Shown: positions 1 to 12,500, counted from the whole stretch's first letter. The stretch is DNA of 58,258 nt, filler included, from Nemertoderma westbladi (GCA_032718475.1; 2 parts of 2 records of this genome joined end to end with filler, not necessarily neighbours in it), one strand, 5' to 3'. Translations and numbers: made by a program. Notes: a model not told the origin generated them from the letters alone.

Positions 1-261
1 GCACAGAGAGTACTCGATGGAATAAAAACAACGATGATTGAAAATATTGGAAAGACGGCAGAGCGAGGTGAGCAACTGGATGATTTGTTGGAGAAAACAA
101 CAGACTTAGAATACTCGTCTGACACTTTTAGGAAAACTGCCGTTAAAATTAAAAAAAGATACTGGTGGCAGAATTTTAGAATATGGATTGCATGTGGTGT
201 CGTTGGTGCAATAGGTATAACTGCTATAGTGTTATTAGTTGTATTCCTGCTCCCATCATAA
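1..261 (+). CDS. Synaptobrevin/VAMP-family R-SNARE, C-terminal part (5'-partial)
   Basis: Frame open from base 1: AQRVLDGIKTTMIENIGKTAERGEQLDDLLEKTTDL...F...A...KKRYWWQN. This is an R-SNARE motif with zero-layer Arg (ERGE), followed by a C-terminal TM helix and TAA. Paralogue not assignable. Confidence 0.9.
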   Translation, partial: AQRVLDGIKTTMIENIGKTAERGEQLDDLLEKTTDLEYSSDTFRKTAVKIKKRYWWQNFRIWIACGVVGAIGITAIVLLVVFLLPS

Positions 262-1104
262 TGATGCTGCTACTGTGTACTCTAGGTAGCCTACTGTTCA
301 TTGTAGGCCTACTCTCAAATTATTTAAATTTAAAAATTTTATTTCATTTATTAATCTAGTGTGAAGCAGAACAATTGAATTTTGCAAATCAAAAAGCAAG
401 TAGACTAAGGTAGTGTGTATTAATATTAGAATTTCCGAGAATATTCGAATGATATTTGATATTCGAATATTGTTAAAGCATTCTAATATTTTTTAACTTT
501 TATTAATAATTGTTCTTTAAGAAATGATTTGGAGAGGGAATTTAAGTAAAAAGGGATGTAGGCCCTACTGTTGTAGGTATGCCTATCAGGATTGGCACGT
601 TTATGTGACACCCGCAGAACTTCATAAAATACAGTCAGCTAAACCGGTACGGTACAGTTTCAATGGTTTCGTTAATTACACTCTTGACATAAGGATTAAG
701 AAATTATTGTCTAAAAGCAAAAAAAATTTTACATTAATTTATTTAGGGAGCTCGCAAGAAAGTAAAAGTAGAATACAACATCACCTTGGCTTGATTCGAT
801 TTAAGACTGCTCGCAAAATTTAATTGTTTTGGTTAGAATAACTTACCACTGTAACCTCAACCTGTTCCTTTCCCTAAATTTATAATTTAACATTGTGTGA
901 GGCGAAATATTAATTCACAGAGATGGGTCGGATTGAGATGGGATCTAGTCCCCCCCCCCCCCCCCCCCCCTTGTCTCAAGAAAAAAAAAGATAAATATGG
1001 TACAGGTTAGGGGCGTGCTGGTGCTGGATGGAGGTACAGTAAGGGTAAGGAGTACAGTAGCTGTAATTACTTTCTACTCTTAATTTCTAATGTAAGAAAT
1101 TTTC

Positions 1105-1560
1105 TGTGGGGCGAGCCACGAAAGTAAGTAAATGAGCTTAGGGTACAACTCACTACCCCAACCTTGTGTCTCTCTGTCGGTCTAATCTTTAAAGGCTTTC
1201 TCAGGAACTCTCCACTTTCTTAAACCAAAACTTTGTTGGACTGATCTACTGTATGAAAACATTTTAGAAAGATAGCATACAGAAGATACAGAAAGACTTA
1301 TACAGTTCGTCTGTCGGCCGCTAGGGGGGCTACATGTCTAAACATTAAATATCCTTTCTTTATATTGCTTTTAATCCGCCTGAAAGCTGAAACTTGGAAG
1401 ATGTACTAGTTGTGTATCTTTAAAAGGTGGCTAGTCCGCCTGTTGTTCTCCAGCCTGCCGCTAAGGGGATAAATGAATGAAAGTGAAAACCTTCCACCAA
1501 AGCTACACTTCAGAAGTTTGCCGCTAGATGGCGAACTAGTTAGAAGCTTTACTAATTGCA
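1105..1560 (+). mobile_element. Non-autonomous Helentron/HINE (DINE-1-like) type repeat
   Basis: Starts GTGGGGCGAGCCACGAAAGTAAG, followed by TGTC/CTGT-rich sequence. An inverted related copy lies at ~25140-25207. Class and right boundary are inferred. Confidence 0.4.
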
Positions 1561-2530
1561 ATTAAAAGCAATAAATAATTGCAAAAATACAATTATTATT
1601 ATTAATAATTATTATTATTGCTATATAGGGTTAATACAAATATAATTTTGAAAATCATCATAAAGTCACATATCATCTAGTAGTACTGGTGGACGGGACG
1701 CACACGCCCTTGCCATGGAATGTCGTGACTCGCTCGCTTCGATCGTACGTTAACCGTATCGTACGCACAAACTGTATTATAATGATTTACCGCATAATAA
1801 CAATTTAATTGAACCGCAAAGGGCTAATGTTAGTAAAACGATTGTGTCCAGGTCCCGCCAATAATAATTAAAGGGGTGACGTCATGATGTTGATATATTT
1901 ATTTATTAAGGCTAATTGCTAGCTCCATATATAATAAATGAACAACATATACACATATTAAACATACATGGCGATAAACAGAAACATAAAAAAAAATACC
2001 GACACTTTGGACTAACAATAATAAATTATGAATTAAACATCAGAAAGATATCAGCCGAAATATAATATGTAACGCACATTATAAATTTTAGACATTAAAT
2101 TTTTAAAGCTGGTTTTTATTCAGTCGCTTTCTTATGTCACATTACTGATATTATTCGAATAAAAATACACTCTGTTTACATTGAGGATGTCAAATATTAG
2201 GCGCTCTGGTGAAATTATCCAATAGGACATTGGACTCCTTAGAACCATATCCAGCCATGCCGACATTTTCTCATTCAGAGGAAAACGCGTTTAAGTTTTT
2301 GAAGAGCCGCGATAAACCAACACATCATTATAATGATATTGTTTTTTTCAATGGAATTTATGTCTCAACCTCAACTACACGGCGTGATATCAAAAAGTTT
2401 GGAATGGGTATTGCTAATTTTGAAAAGCACCAAATTTTTCGAATTATTTTTGACATGGCACATTCTTACATAAATTTGTAATAATGTTGTATTAATGTGA
2501 TAAAATGAGCCACGTCCATGGACATGGCTC

Positions 2531-3237
2531 ATTGCAGGCATGGGGGATATTTTCTAAGTGACTGTTGCAGCTATCGTGATGGAAGGTTCGGTAAAGAGAA
2601 TTAACGAGTCAATGATGTTGCGTTACGTATAATTAAGTTTACAGAATCTTTCAATAAATAAAGTTACAATAATATTTCACCCAACAGGGCTTTATCAAAT
2701 TGCATGGAATCTACTTACAAACAGGGAAGCTACATACCGCAGCACCGAACTACTACCTACCCAATCGACTGTTAGCACAATGAACAATGACCGGTAATTC
2801 GTAAAGAGGCCTAGCTACTTCGATTCCCCCCCCCCCCCCGGGTAATTCGTGTCTAATTTTGTAAATGTGACTTGTGTTCTTGCTTTTTATATGTATGTTG
2901 AGGATATATGTTGAGGTACTGTATGTTTATTTTGTCTATGCGTTTTTACTGTATGTGTACAGGTTTTTTTTGGAATTTGTTACCAGCCTGTCTCAAACTC
3001 TGCGGGGTGCTGTATATTGATTTCTGGTTGGTTAACTTCCCTGTTTGTAAGTAGATTCCATGCAATTTGATAAAGCCCTGTTGGATGAAATATTATTATA
3101 ACTTTATTTATTGAAAGATTCTGTAAACTTAATTTATACGTAACGCAACATCATTGACTCGTTAATTCTCTTTACCGAACCTTCCAGCAAGATATAGCTG
3201 CAACAGTCACTTAGAAAATATCCCCCATGCTTGCAAT
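2531..3237. mobile_element. MITE with ~200-bp terminal inverted repeats
   Basis: 2531-2729 is a near-perfect reverse complement of 3036-3237, with a non-coding interior. It sits inside an older palindromic element (arm fragments ~2235-2265 and ~3415-3445). Confidence 0.85.
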
Positions 3238-3733
3238 ATTTTATCATTATGATACCACCAGTGACTTGGGCCAGCGCATACTTATCTTACTATTTGGACT
3301 TGGGTTTTATGACTTGCAACAAGATCTGCTAATTTGAATGAATGGAATTTATCATGGAAACTACTTTTGTCCAGGATTCCCACTGTACCATTAACTCAAA
3401 TTTGACAAAATCTGGACATGGCTGGTTGTTATGGTTCTAATGGGTCGATATATATAGTCACCTAAAATTCAAAAATGTTTAAAATTTGAATTATTAATTA
3501 TAATATGTTTACATTTGAAAATTGTGATATTTTTAATTTTTGAACCGTGTTAGGAAAGTTGTCAGCATTTTAATTAAAACAAAAAACAATCATAATTTTT
3601 TAACAACATCACGGTCCCGTATGGCAGCAAAAATGTTGCAATTTTCTTGAGGCGACCACATCGCATAATATATGTCGTTGGAAATAACCTATTTAGTGGG
3701 TCTAGAACCCTACGAATTGTGAGAGGTTAGTTC

Positions 3734-4830
3734 TTAAGGGGAGGGAGGGGAGGGGGGGGGGGGGGTTACTGGCTTGGCATCAGTCAACATTTTGAAATGC
3801 TTACTGCACCAACCCTTAGCGACCAGAGCCAAAATTTATATTTTTAACTAGAATTGCTACTCCTTTGCTATGCTTTATTTTCAGAAGTTGTAACCTTTTT
3901 TTGGAATCAGCATGGCCGATTACGTGAAAAAATTCTAGAATAATTTTTGTTTCGTACTTTTCATGGAAATTACCGCTATTTTTTAAAATAATTTTCAAAT
4001 TTTCAAAAAAAAGCACAGTTTGTATTCCTAAAAAATGGTATAACAGATGAACAATTGCAAAACTAAAAAAAAACTGCTCGAATTTTATTATTGCTGGCCA
4101 CACTAGTAGCTTTCATTTGATACCAAAAACTTACAAATTGGTTGAAAAATGGCGGAGGAGTAGTGTTTTAAAAACGAAAAATAACATTGCGTGATAATTG
4201 CCTTTAAAGTTTGAACCTTCAGGCGCAAAAATTGTCTGTTAATATGTGAGAATGTCTGTCAATATATACACATAGCACCACGAAACCACAAAACCATGCT
4301 AAGATTATTGCTATGGGAGATTTCCTGGTCGGTGATTTCATTTCGGAGGTCAGCATATGTACCCCGACAATATGTCTGTTAAATATAAGAAAAGGGCACA
4401 CCATTTAGCTAAAAGTTTAGTTAAAGGGGTTTTCCTGGTCGCAGAATTCATTTCGAGTGTCAAATTTAACATTTGATGATTTCGAAATTGTCTGTTTGGC
4501 TGTCGGTTATATACATTACAGACAGATTACAGACTGACAGGCATACAGACAGAAACAACGAGGCCAAATTTGAATCATGACATCAGAAATGAAATCAGCG
4601 ACCAGGAAAACCCATATAGGGCATTTTTAGATAGATTGTATGCTTTTTATTGACGGACAGACATACTGACCGACAAACCGACAGTCAAACGGACAGACAG
4701 CCATATCTCGAAAAGTAAGATAGATCATGCTAAACGGTTTTCAAATTTGGAATCTTGATAAAAATCTGCTCTAAATGAAATTGAAAAAAACATTTGAAAA
4801 AAACATTTGAAAGCCAGTAACCCCATTTAA
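3734..4830. mobile_element. TTAA-flanked non-autonomous DNA transposon (Kolobok-like)
   Basis: TTAA at 3734 and 4827. Inverted repeat GGGGTTACTGGCTT (3762-3775) / AAGCCAGTAACCCC (4811-4824). Interior is homologous to 27900-28484. Confidence 0.65.
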
Positions 4831-6313
4831 GATATATTCAGCAGGTAACATAACGTGTCCACCGGTCGACCATCATGGCGGCTCGTATAAGTTGATAAAC
4901 ACTAAATTCCGACAAAATATTTGAAATTTATTCAAATTGTGGAATTGTGGATGCCCTAACAAGGGATATTATTTATTAATATTAAAATAGTTCCTTTATT
5001 TCTGTTTTATTATTATTAAACTAATTGGAGTATTTGGCCGTCGAAAAATAATTGTGATTTATAAAACATTTTCGAAAAATTCACAATTTTCATCCTCCTC
5101 GGTGGTGGTCGCGATGTTAATAAACATTTGCATTTTTTGTAACTTATATACAAATGGTCTACCAATTAGCTACAATCCCATAACAAATATTAATGTTATT
5201 AATTAAAAGTTCAGAGCGCCGATAAGCTGACACAATTAAACAAAATTACTTATTATTCAATGAAAAGGTCTTAATAATTAATAATTATTAAAGACACCGA
5301 AATATTAACAATATCTAAAAGTATCACCATGTATAATACAGTATCACACTTGTATCACACCATTTTTAATAATATTTTGAGTGGAGAAACGATGAACATA
5401 ATTAAACACAAGTGTAATTACCGGTACATTACTAATTAGTAATTACCCATATATATATACACCGGTCCGGTAGGGTAATACACAAATTAGAAAATAAAGT
5501 ATGCGGTTTATTATGTTTGTTTTTATATTTTTATATAATTTAAATAAATAATTTAATTTAAATTTAGCTGAAAAGCTATGCGGACTGGGGTAACTAATAT
5601 TGAGCGTCGATATTATTATACAAATACAAAACTATAGGCCTAACCTAAACCAGTAAACTATATGATAATACCAGAATCGTGTAGATAGAACAAATTATAA
5701 GTCATTTAAATATAGGCCATATAAGTCATTATTATAAGTCATTTATTTTTGGTTTGATCTGTTTCTGTTTTATATCGAATTGATATCGAATCTGGGATAA
5801 AGGGGGAAATAACTCTACCTGTGGGAATATTAGCCTGAGTCATCATTAAATACTATTTTTTTGCATATTTTAAACTAACTACAGACACCCAAGCGGTACG
5901 AACTATAATAAGAATAAGGTAAGCTGATTATTTATCGTGTTGCGGAGTCCAAAACTAAGTCAATCTGAGAACGTCGTCGGGGTGTCCGCACAAACAAACA
6001 CCCCAAACATAGAAAAAGGCGAAATGGGAAAACAGATACATATTGGAACAGAAAAAACTTCGTATTGGTTTATATAATAAAGTCTATCTAAATATATATA
6101 TGAATATAATAAAACAATACATAAAAAGATAAAGTTTATTTTATTTATCGGCAATGTATTGCTTTATATCAACCGCCCACTCGCCCTGTGCAAAACCGGA
6201 GTATTAAATTGCAATCGTATTAAATATAATTTGCTAAATATTTTTCTTTCAAGCCACCTCAGGGAATATAACATTATAAACTCTCACTGAACTGGTATTC
6301 TAGAAAGAAAACA

Positions 6314-7264
6314 TCAACTGTTCTTCGAGTTGCCTCTACGCGGGTGCCCGCTAGAGGCATCCCCGCCCCCGAACCGGGTATTGTGACCCCCGCTGTAACG
6401 CGTCACGCTGCGACCCGCGTCTGCACAACGCGATACATGACTCATATACTCCTCGTAAGTCGCGCAGGTTTTTATACTCCGATAACGTTTAACCACAATA
6501 GAAGTCCTAAACTCCTCTGTGATGGCCACCTTGAAACCGCCCTTACGCAACAGACTGTCTATAGTCTCTTGCTTAGACCAACCCATCTCCAAACAAACTT
6601 CCGGCAAGTACGTAGCCGTCTTTAAACTACCTTTCTCGTTGTGAAACTCAATTCGTATCCCGTGTAGCCCAATAGACCAGTCGAGGTAACTAGTGCAGTC
6701 CTCGAAATCCGAAAGGATAGAGACCGCGCAGACTAGGTGCTGAATCTCATTGGGAGAGATTGGAGGGAAGCGGCTGTCTCGCAGAGCGGAGGTCAGCGCA
6801 TACTCCTTCAACCCGTGTAGAACGTTCATTCGTTGGAACGTTCCTATGCAACCGCGCAGTTCCCGTTTCGGTCCCTTCTTCCAGGTCACGAAAAGCGGCG
6901 AGTGGTAGTCGGACAAGGGGGGCGTCGAGAAGCCATTCCGAGAACGCTCGAAGTGCGCGCGAAGTATATCGAAACAGTAGAACGCCAAGTGTTTCGTGAC
7001 CATCTGCTCCAGGCCGGGCCCATCTGGGGTTGGGCTACGGATGCCGTTGCTTAATCTCGCGCCCACCGGGGACTGGGCGCCTGACCCTTGCTGGTTCCGG
7101 CGATGGGGGGACACAGGGGGTGACATTTTTTGCTTTTTCGCGCCGCAGCAATGGGTTGACATGTCGGCGCTTCGCGGTTTCGCGATAGGAGAGGTTCGGC
7201 GACCAGTACAACTACTAGTCCCTGGTTCGCTGTTCTCGCGTTTACGGCGGTTGTGAATGTCCAT
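6314..7264 (-). CDS. AMMECR1: AMMECR1-family protein, 316 aa, CDS in one exon
   Basis: Motifs PLFVTWKKG..ELRGCIGTF, YALTSALRDSRFPPI, WSIGLHGIRIEF, ATYLPEV..E.GW...ETIDSLLRKGGF; low-complexity termini. A polypyrimidine/TTTTCAG acceptor ending at 7333 implies an upstream 5'-UTR intron. Confidence 0.96.
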   Translation of the reverse strand: MDIHNRRKRENSEPGTSSCTGRRTSPIAKPRSADMSTHCCGAKKQKMSPPVSPHRRNQQGSGAQSPVGARLSNGIRSPTPDGPGLEQMVTKHLAFYCFDILRAHFERSRNGFSTPPLSDYHSPLFVTWKKGPKRELRGCIGTFQRMNVLHGLKEYALTSALRDSRFPPISPNEIQHLVCAVSILSDFEDCTSYLDWSIGLHGIRIEFHNEKGSLKTATYLPEVCLEMGWSKQETIDSLLRKGGFKVAITEEFRTSIVVKRYRSIKTCATYEEYMSHVSRCADAGRSVTRYSGGHNTRFGGGDASSGHPRRGNSKNS

Positions 7265-7587
7265 TTATGCCGGTTAAAACAACGCAGTATTGAGGATGGT
7301 TAATATGTTACATAGCAGGACAAACGCAAGTCCTGAAAATGCATTGAAAGAAAAAATATGAAACAGATAAACGTAGATGCGCAGCGAAGCGGTTGGAAAA
7401 ATGAATAGATTCAGCCGAATGGGGAACAAGTTACACTAATATTTACTTTTAAAATGAATGAGTACTTAATTCGATTTGCATAGATCAGTAGAAAAAAAAG
7501 AGATAGGCCTACCTTTTGATGATATTGTCATAAAGTAGGCCTAGTTAGGCCTACCTATTCATTCAGTATGTAGCGTAGCCTATTGAT

Positions 7588-7943
7588 CAGAGCCGGCAAA
7601 CTAGGTTTTTAGCTCCTAGCTGCCTAGGTCTTTTTAGGTTTTTTAAAATCACCAACTTTTGAAAATATATTTAAAAATAGGTTTTTTAATTAGTCTACTG
7701 ACAATAATTTATGTTTTAAGTTCTTTTAAACTCCACATACACGCATGGACGCCGACCTCAACCAGTCAACTGTCAACCTCAACATATGCAGATAACATAA
7801 CATATGCCTCAGCATATACATATACCTCACCTCAACATTATATTAAAAAACCTAAAAAACCTTTCGGTTTTTTTATAAAACCTAAGCAAAAAACCTAAAC
7901 CTATTATTTTTATTTAAAAATACTTAGGTTTTTTCCACCCCTG
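7588..7943. mobile_element. Probable hAT-like MITE
   Basis: CAG...CTG ends with mirrored subterminal AGGTTTTT / AAAAACCT repeats; TIR match is weak. Confidence 0.35.
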
Positions 7944-8586
7944 CTTGCGTTGCTGGCTTGTTATAATGCTGTACCGGTACTGCTGTAGCTGTAATGTGAT
8001 CAATATAAAACCAATATATGTTAACATTCAGACATTAGGCCTAGACTGTTAGAGGGTCCTACGACTTAGGCCTACGGGCGCCTACCTACCCCAAAATCTG
8101 AAATAGTAAAAAAATACCACAATAAGGGTAACCCGGTAAACAATTAGGCTACATACCGGTACCGGCAGACCGAGACCGGTACCCCAAAATAAGCCAACAA
8201 TGTTTAGAAACGGTGAGGGAAAGGAGCAGGTTACAGAGTGGCAAGTTTTTCTAACCAAAACAATAAACGTGAGTGAAAAACAAGTATTTAGGGCAGTCAT
8301 GCTGTAGGCTGGTAGGGGTATTTTGGTTTGACTGGTAGTACTGTAGTATAGGCCTAAACTGATAAAATTATTACAATATGCTATGTAATGCAATGATGAA
8401 TAGCAATAATGCTATGATTCCCAATAAATTTCCGGACTTCCTGACTTCTACTGCCTACTGCAATTTTATTTTAATTATTAATTGAAAACTGAATAATAAA
8501 CTGATAAACTGATAATAAACAGTGGATCTAACTGCTCTCACACAATTTATTAGATAGAGTCAACAACAATACCTAAAAATCCGACA

Positions 8587-9672
8587 ATGTCTCGGCGTCA
8601 GTCGCAGGCTGCTCGAGTCGATATGTCGAAGCTGTTCAGCTGTGACTCCTGTGCAGCTCTGTTCGCTGAAAAAAAGAACTTCGACGAACATTCGAAGAAC
8701 TGTGGGTCGCAGGAGCCAAGTATTTCGAACTGCCCACACTGCAAAAAGAAGGTCTCAAACTCCAACTGTCTTGCATGTGATATCTGCAATTCGTGGATTC
8801 ACGGAGCGTGCCTTAAACTGTCGGCCGCTGACGTGCAAATTCTAAGCAAATGCAAGAACTGCCGGATCGTCTGTAATGTCTGTGATGGTAAGGGTCCACT
8901 AACTATCGGTGGTTTGGGCTCCAATTGGTCGTTCCCAACCCCCGAAGCCGATGAGTTTATATCCCGCCTAGAAACATCCTTAAAGTCTACAGTGTCGGAC
9001 CTCGGTGCAAAGATCAACCATCTGTTCGAGGATGCTACCGCACAGAACGCAAGCCCCTCGGTCCAATCCGGGACCTGGAGCAGCGTGAGGGGTCGGAAAT
9101 TGCGATCACACAATTCTCAGTCGCAACCGCAAACGCAAACAATGACAGTACACGATGTAACAAAGGAGGTAGCTGACCAACAAAGGCGTTCCGAAAACAT
9201 CGTTATAAAGGGTCTGGTACTTCCAGATAACGAAGCTGAAGATATCACCGCCATTTCAGCTTTTCTATCTGGCGTTTTCGGTCTCAATAACTCCGTGGAC
9301 CGGGTTCTTTTCAGACGGCCTAAATCCAATGAAGACAACAAACCTTCAATGGTGATTGCCAAGCTCTGCTCCGCCACGGCTAAGGCATCGATCATTAAGG
9401 AGAAAAAGAAACTCGCAAACTCCCCTGAGTACTCCTCGGTCTTTGTCTCTCCGGACCTTACGCGTTTGCAGGCGGAGCAGGATTACCAGCGCCGAAAGTC
9501 GCTCCGGGAGTCCCGCAACAAACGCAGTCGCAACTCAAACGAGTTATCATCTACGGACAATAGTTCTACAACCCCAGCATCTCCCGCAGCGATCCCCACT
9601 GCTCAACAGTATAACCAGGACTCTGCTCGCGCCTCGAGGCCGGTTTCCAGTGATCAGCAGGGAAACCAGTAA
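8587..9672 (+). CDS. LINE ORF1p: C2HC zinc finger + PHD finger + RRM/CTD-like region
   Basis: CDSC..H...C; CPHC..CDICNSWIHGAC..CNVC (PHD); RRSENIVIKGL and VFVSPDLT motifs typical of CR1/L2 ORF1. Confidence 0.9.
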   Translation: MSRRQSQAARVDMSKLFSCDSCAALFAEKKNFDEHSKNCGSQEPSISNCPHCKKKVSNSNCLACDICNSWIHGACLKLSAADVQILSKCKNCRIVCNVCDGKGPLTIGGLGSNWSFPTPEADEFISRLETSLKSTVSDLGAKINHLFEDATAQNASPSVQSGTWSSVRGRKLRSHNSQSQPQTQTMTVHDVTKEVADQQRRSENIVIKGLVLPDNEAEDITAISAFLSGVFGLNNSVDRVLFRRPKSNEDNKPSMVIAKLCSATAKASIIKEKKKLANSPEYSSVFVSPDLTRLQAEQDYQRRKSLRESRNKRSRNSNELSSTDNSSTTPASPAAIPTAQQYNQDSARASRPVSSDQQGNQ

Positions 9673-12500
9673 AGGGAGACCATCGTTGCTCATCAAACCA
9701 GCACGCGTTTATCAAGTGTTGCTGCTTTAATGCCAGGTCACTGAAAAACAAATTGTCGGACTTGGATGAGTTTCTATCCACTACCCCGTATGATGTGATC
9801 GTGATAACGGAAACCTGGGCCAATGATTCTATTTCTGACGCGATGTTGTCTGGCAGCAAACGTTTCCGGGTCTTCCGGCATGACAGACACGACCGGGTTG
9901 GGGGTGGAGTGGCCCTCCTTGTGCGGAACTCGATAAAGTGCATACCTGTAGCACTTCCTCGTCAAACTACGGACATAGAAGCTGTAGCCATTGACCTCAT
10001 TGACGGCTCTTCACGATTAATATGCGCTTACCGTCCGCCACCTGTTCCCAGCGTTCCTGACACTACTACCGGACTTTGTGAAGCTCTCAACATCCTGTGC
10101 GACACCAACAAACCGTGTGTGATCACTGGCGACTTTAATCTGCCGCTGTTCGATTGGACTGATGTTTCCCACCCGGACAACGATATCTATAACAACTTTT
10201 TTAGTTTCGTTTTGGAATCAGGCCTCTCGCAGGTCCAGTACGAGCCTACCAGAGGTGACAACGTTCTAGACCTTATTTTTACCACGGATGACCATTTTGT
10301 CTCGAGCGTTTCGACGGCTGCTCCATTCTCTACGAGCGAACACGCCACTGTGTCCTTCGATATAATTGGTTCATCTCAGTGTGACAGCTCGGACACCTCT
10401 GCGCCACGTGGTTTTTACGATTTCGCAAATGGTGATTACACAGGTTTTAAGTCATTTATGAGGTCAATTAAATGGGAAGAAGAAGAGTTTGCTTCATGTA
10501 GAACAGTGGACGATTTCTTCCTAGCATTTAGCAAGGTTATGAAAAGTGGTATAAATACTTATATTCCTTACAAGGAATTTTGTAACGATAGCAACCAAAA
10601 GAAGTACCCTCATTACGTCAAGATTTTACAGAAAGCAAAGAAACGCTTGTGGCGCAGGCGTCACTCGGAAGGCGGTATGGCTGCGTATAAATGTGTTGCA
10701 GCGCAAGCTTCCCGCGCCGCTCACCGTGCTGACTGCGAGCGGGAAATCCGGATTCTCAGTTCTGGAAACACAAATGCGATCTTTCGGTACCTGAAGAAAA
10801 AGAACTCCAACAGATCGGACATTGGCCCCCTGAAATACAAAGGTGAAACAGTAATTGATGACGAAACTAAGGCTACCATTTTTTCCTCTGTCTTTTCAGA
10901 AAATTTTACCCCTGACAATAATGTGCCTTTAAATTTTAACCGCAAAGTACCCTATAATGTTAATTTATCTTCTGTTGATTTTAATCCTGTAAATGTTTTA
11001 ACTTTTTTACATAAACTAGCTCCAAAACACAGTTCCACCCCGGACGGGTTCCCGGCTATTCTATTTTCTAAACTAGCTTGTACCATAGCAGCGCCCTTAT
11101 CAGTTATTTTCCGTGTCTCTTTTGAATCGCACGCCCTTCCATCTGTTTGGCTCACTGCCTACATTATACCTGTATTTAAAAAGGGCGATTCATCAGACCC
11201 TTATAATTACAGACCTATCTCCCTCACGTGCATAACCTGTAAGATAATGGAAATGGTAATTAAAGATGCTTTGATAAATTACCTGTTAACAAACAAATTA
11301 ATTACCCGGGCACAACACGGTTTTTTAAAGAGAAAAAGTACATGTACACAATTATTAGATTGTCTTTCCGATTGGTGCAAACTTATAGATAAGCGTAAAA
11401 ATGTAGATGTAATATATGTAGATTTCTCTAAAGCGTTCGATTCTGTCGTACATAGTAAACTTCTGTGTAAATTATCGGGGTATGGTGTTTGTGGGAGTCT
11501 ATTAGATTGGTTTAAAGCATTTTTATCCAACAGATCTCAGCAAGTTTTGGTGGGCAATATGTTTTCACAGGTTTGTGCAGTTATCTCTGGTACGCCGCAA
11601 GGCAGTGTTATCGGACCTTTACTTTTTATGTTATTTATCAACGACTTACCTGACCTTCTTTTACCAGTTAGTGCCAAGTTATATGCCGATGATGTGAAAA
11701 TATATTCCTCCTCTGATCAGCAAAATTATATTGTCACTGCTCTTCGGCAACTGGAGACTTGGGCGTCAGAATGCCAGCTAAACTTAGCTGCTCATAAATG
11801 TTTTGCGGTTTATATTGGTGCGACTAATCCTAAGCATATATATTTTTTAAACAGTGCTGTGCTTAAATCTGAATCCTCCTGTAAAGATCTTGGCCTTTTA
11901 ATTGCCCCTGATCTCAAGTTTAATATTTACTGCAAGGCTCAGGTTGCGAAAGCCTTTAGAGTAATTAACATGCTTTTTAGAAACATTGTCTCCACAAACA
12001 AGTCGGCTTTACTAACAGCATATAAATCTATGGTGCGTCCTCTACTTGAATATTGTACCCCTGTGTGGTCTCCGTTTACAAAGAGATTTATAAACCTCGT
12101 GGAACGTGTACAACGGTACTTCTGTAGGCGACTCTTTCTTAGGTGCAATCTGTCCCCCGCTACTTATATTGATCGCTTACATTTTTTGAATTTGCAGCCG
12201 CTAGAGGTACGTAGACATGTTTTCGATTTAAAGATGGTCTACCGTATAAAACACGGACTGGTAGATCTTGAGAGCGCCCAGTACTTTTCTGAGCCGCCTC
12301 GTTCAGGTCTGAGAGGCCACAACCAAAAGCTTTTTGTACCTCGCTGTCGGCTGCAGATATACAAACATTATTTTTCAAATCGTGTTGTGCCGCTCTGGAA
12401 CTCCTTGCCGTCTGAAACTGTTGGTGCAAAATCAATTTCAATATTTTCTCATTTGCTACTTGATTTCGATTTTATGCCTTTCTGTAACTTTGATATCTGA
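9654..12500 (+). CDS. LINE ORF2p: AP-endonuclease + reverse transcriptase
   Basis: FNARSL, ITETW, GGGV, GDFN, LDL, YRPISL, QHGF, DFSKAFD, PQGSVIGP, YADD. Frame is open from 9654 (after TGA 9651-9653); the first ATG (9843) is inside the endonuclease. Confidence 0.95.
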   Translation, partial: SAGKPVKGDHRCSSNQHAFIKCCCFNARSLKNKLSDLDEFLSTTPYDVIVITETWANDSISDAMLSGSKRFRVFRHDRHDRVGGGVALLVRNSIKCIPVALPRQTTDIEAVAIDLIDGSSRLICAYRPPPVPSVPDTTTGLCEALNILCDTNKPCVITGDFNLPLFDWTDVSHPDNDIYNNFFSFVLESGLSQVQYEPTRGDNVLDLIFTTDDHFVSSVSTAAPFSTSEHATVSFDIIGSSQCDSSDTSAPRGFYDFANGDYTGFKSFMRSIKWEEEEFASCRTVDDFFLAFSKVMKSGINTYIPYKEFCNDSNQKKYPHYVKILQKAKKRLWRRRHSEGGMAAYKCVAAQASRAAHRADCEREIRILSSGNTNAIFRYLKKKNSNRSDIGPLKYKGETVIDDETKATIFSSVFSENFTPDNNVPLNFNRKVPYNVNLSSVDFNPVNVLTFLHKLAPKHSSTPDGFPAILFSKLACTIAAPLSVIFRVSFESHALPSVWLTAYIIPVFKKGDSSDPYNYRPISLTCITCKIMEMVIKDALINYLLTNKLITRAQHGFLKRKSTCTQLLDCLSDWCKLIDKRKNVDVIYVDFSKAFDSVVHSKLLCKLSGYGVCGSLLDWFKAFLSNRSQQVLVGNMFSQVCAVISGTPQGSVIGPLLFMLFINDLPDLLLPVSAKLYADDVKIYSSSDQQNYIVTALRQLETWASECQLNLAAHKCFAVYIGATNPKHIYFLNSAVLKSESSCKDLGLLIAPDLKFNIYCKAQVAKAFRVINMLFRNIVSTNKSALLTAYKSMVRPLLEYCTPVWSPFTKRFINLVERVQRYFCRRLFLRCNLSPATYIDRLHFLNLQPLEVRRHVFDLKMVYRIKHGLVDLESAQYFSEPPRSGLRGHNQKLFVPRCRLQIYKHYFSNRVVPLWNSLPSETVGAKSISIFSHLLLDFDFMPFCNFDI

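Noticed and set aside
6344-7256. Plus-strand ORFs overlapping AMMECR1
   Set aside because: Antisense shadows of a GC-rich CDS.
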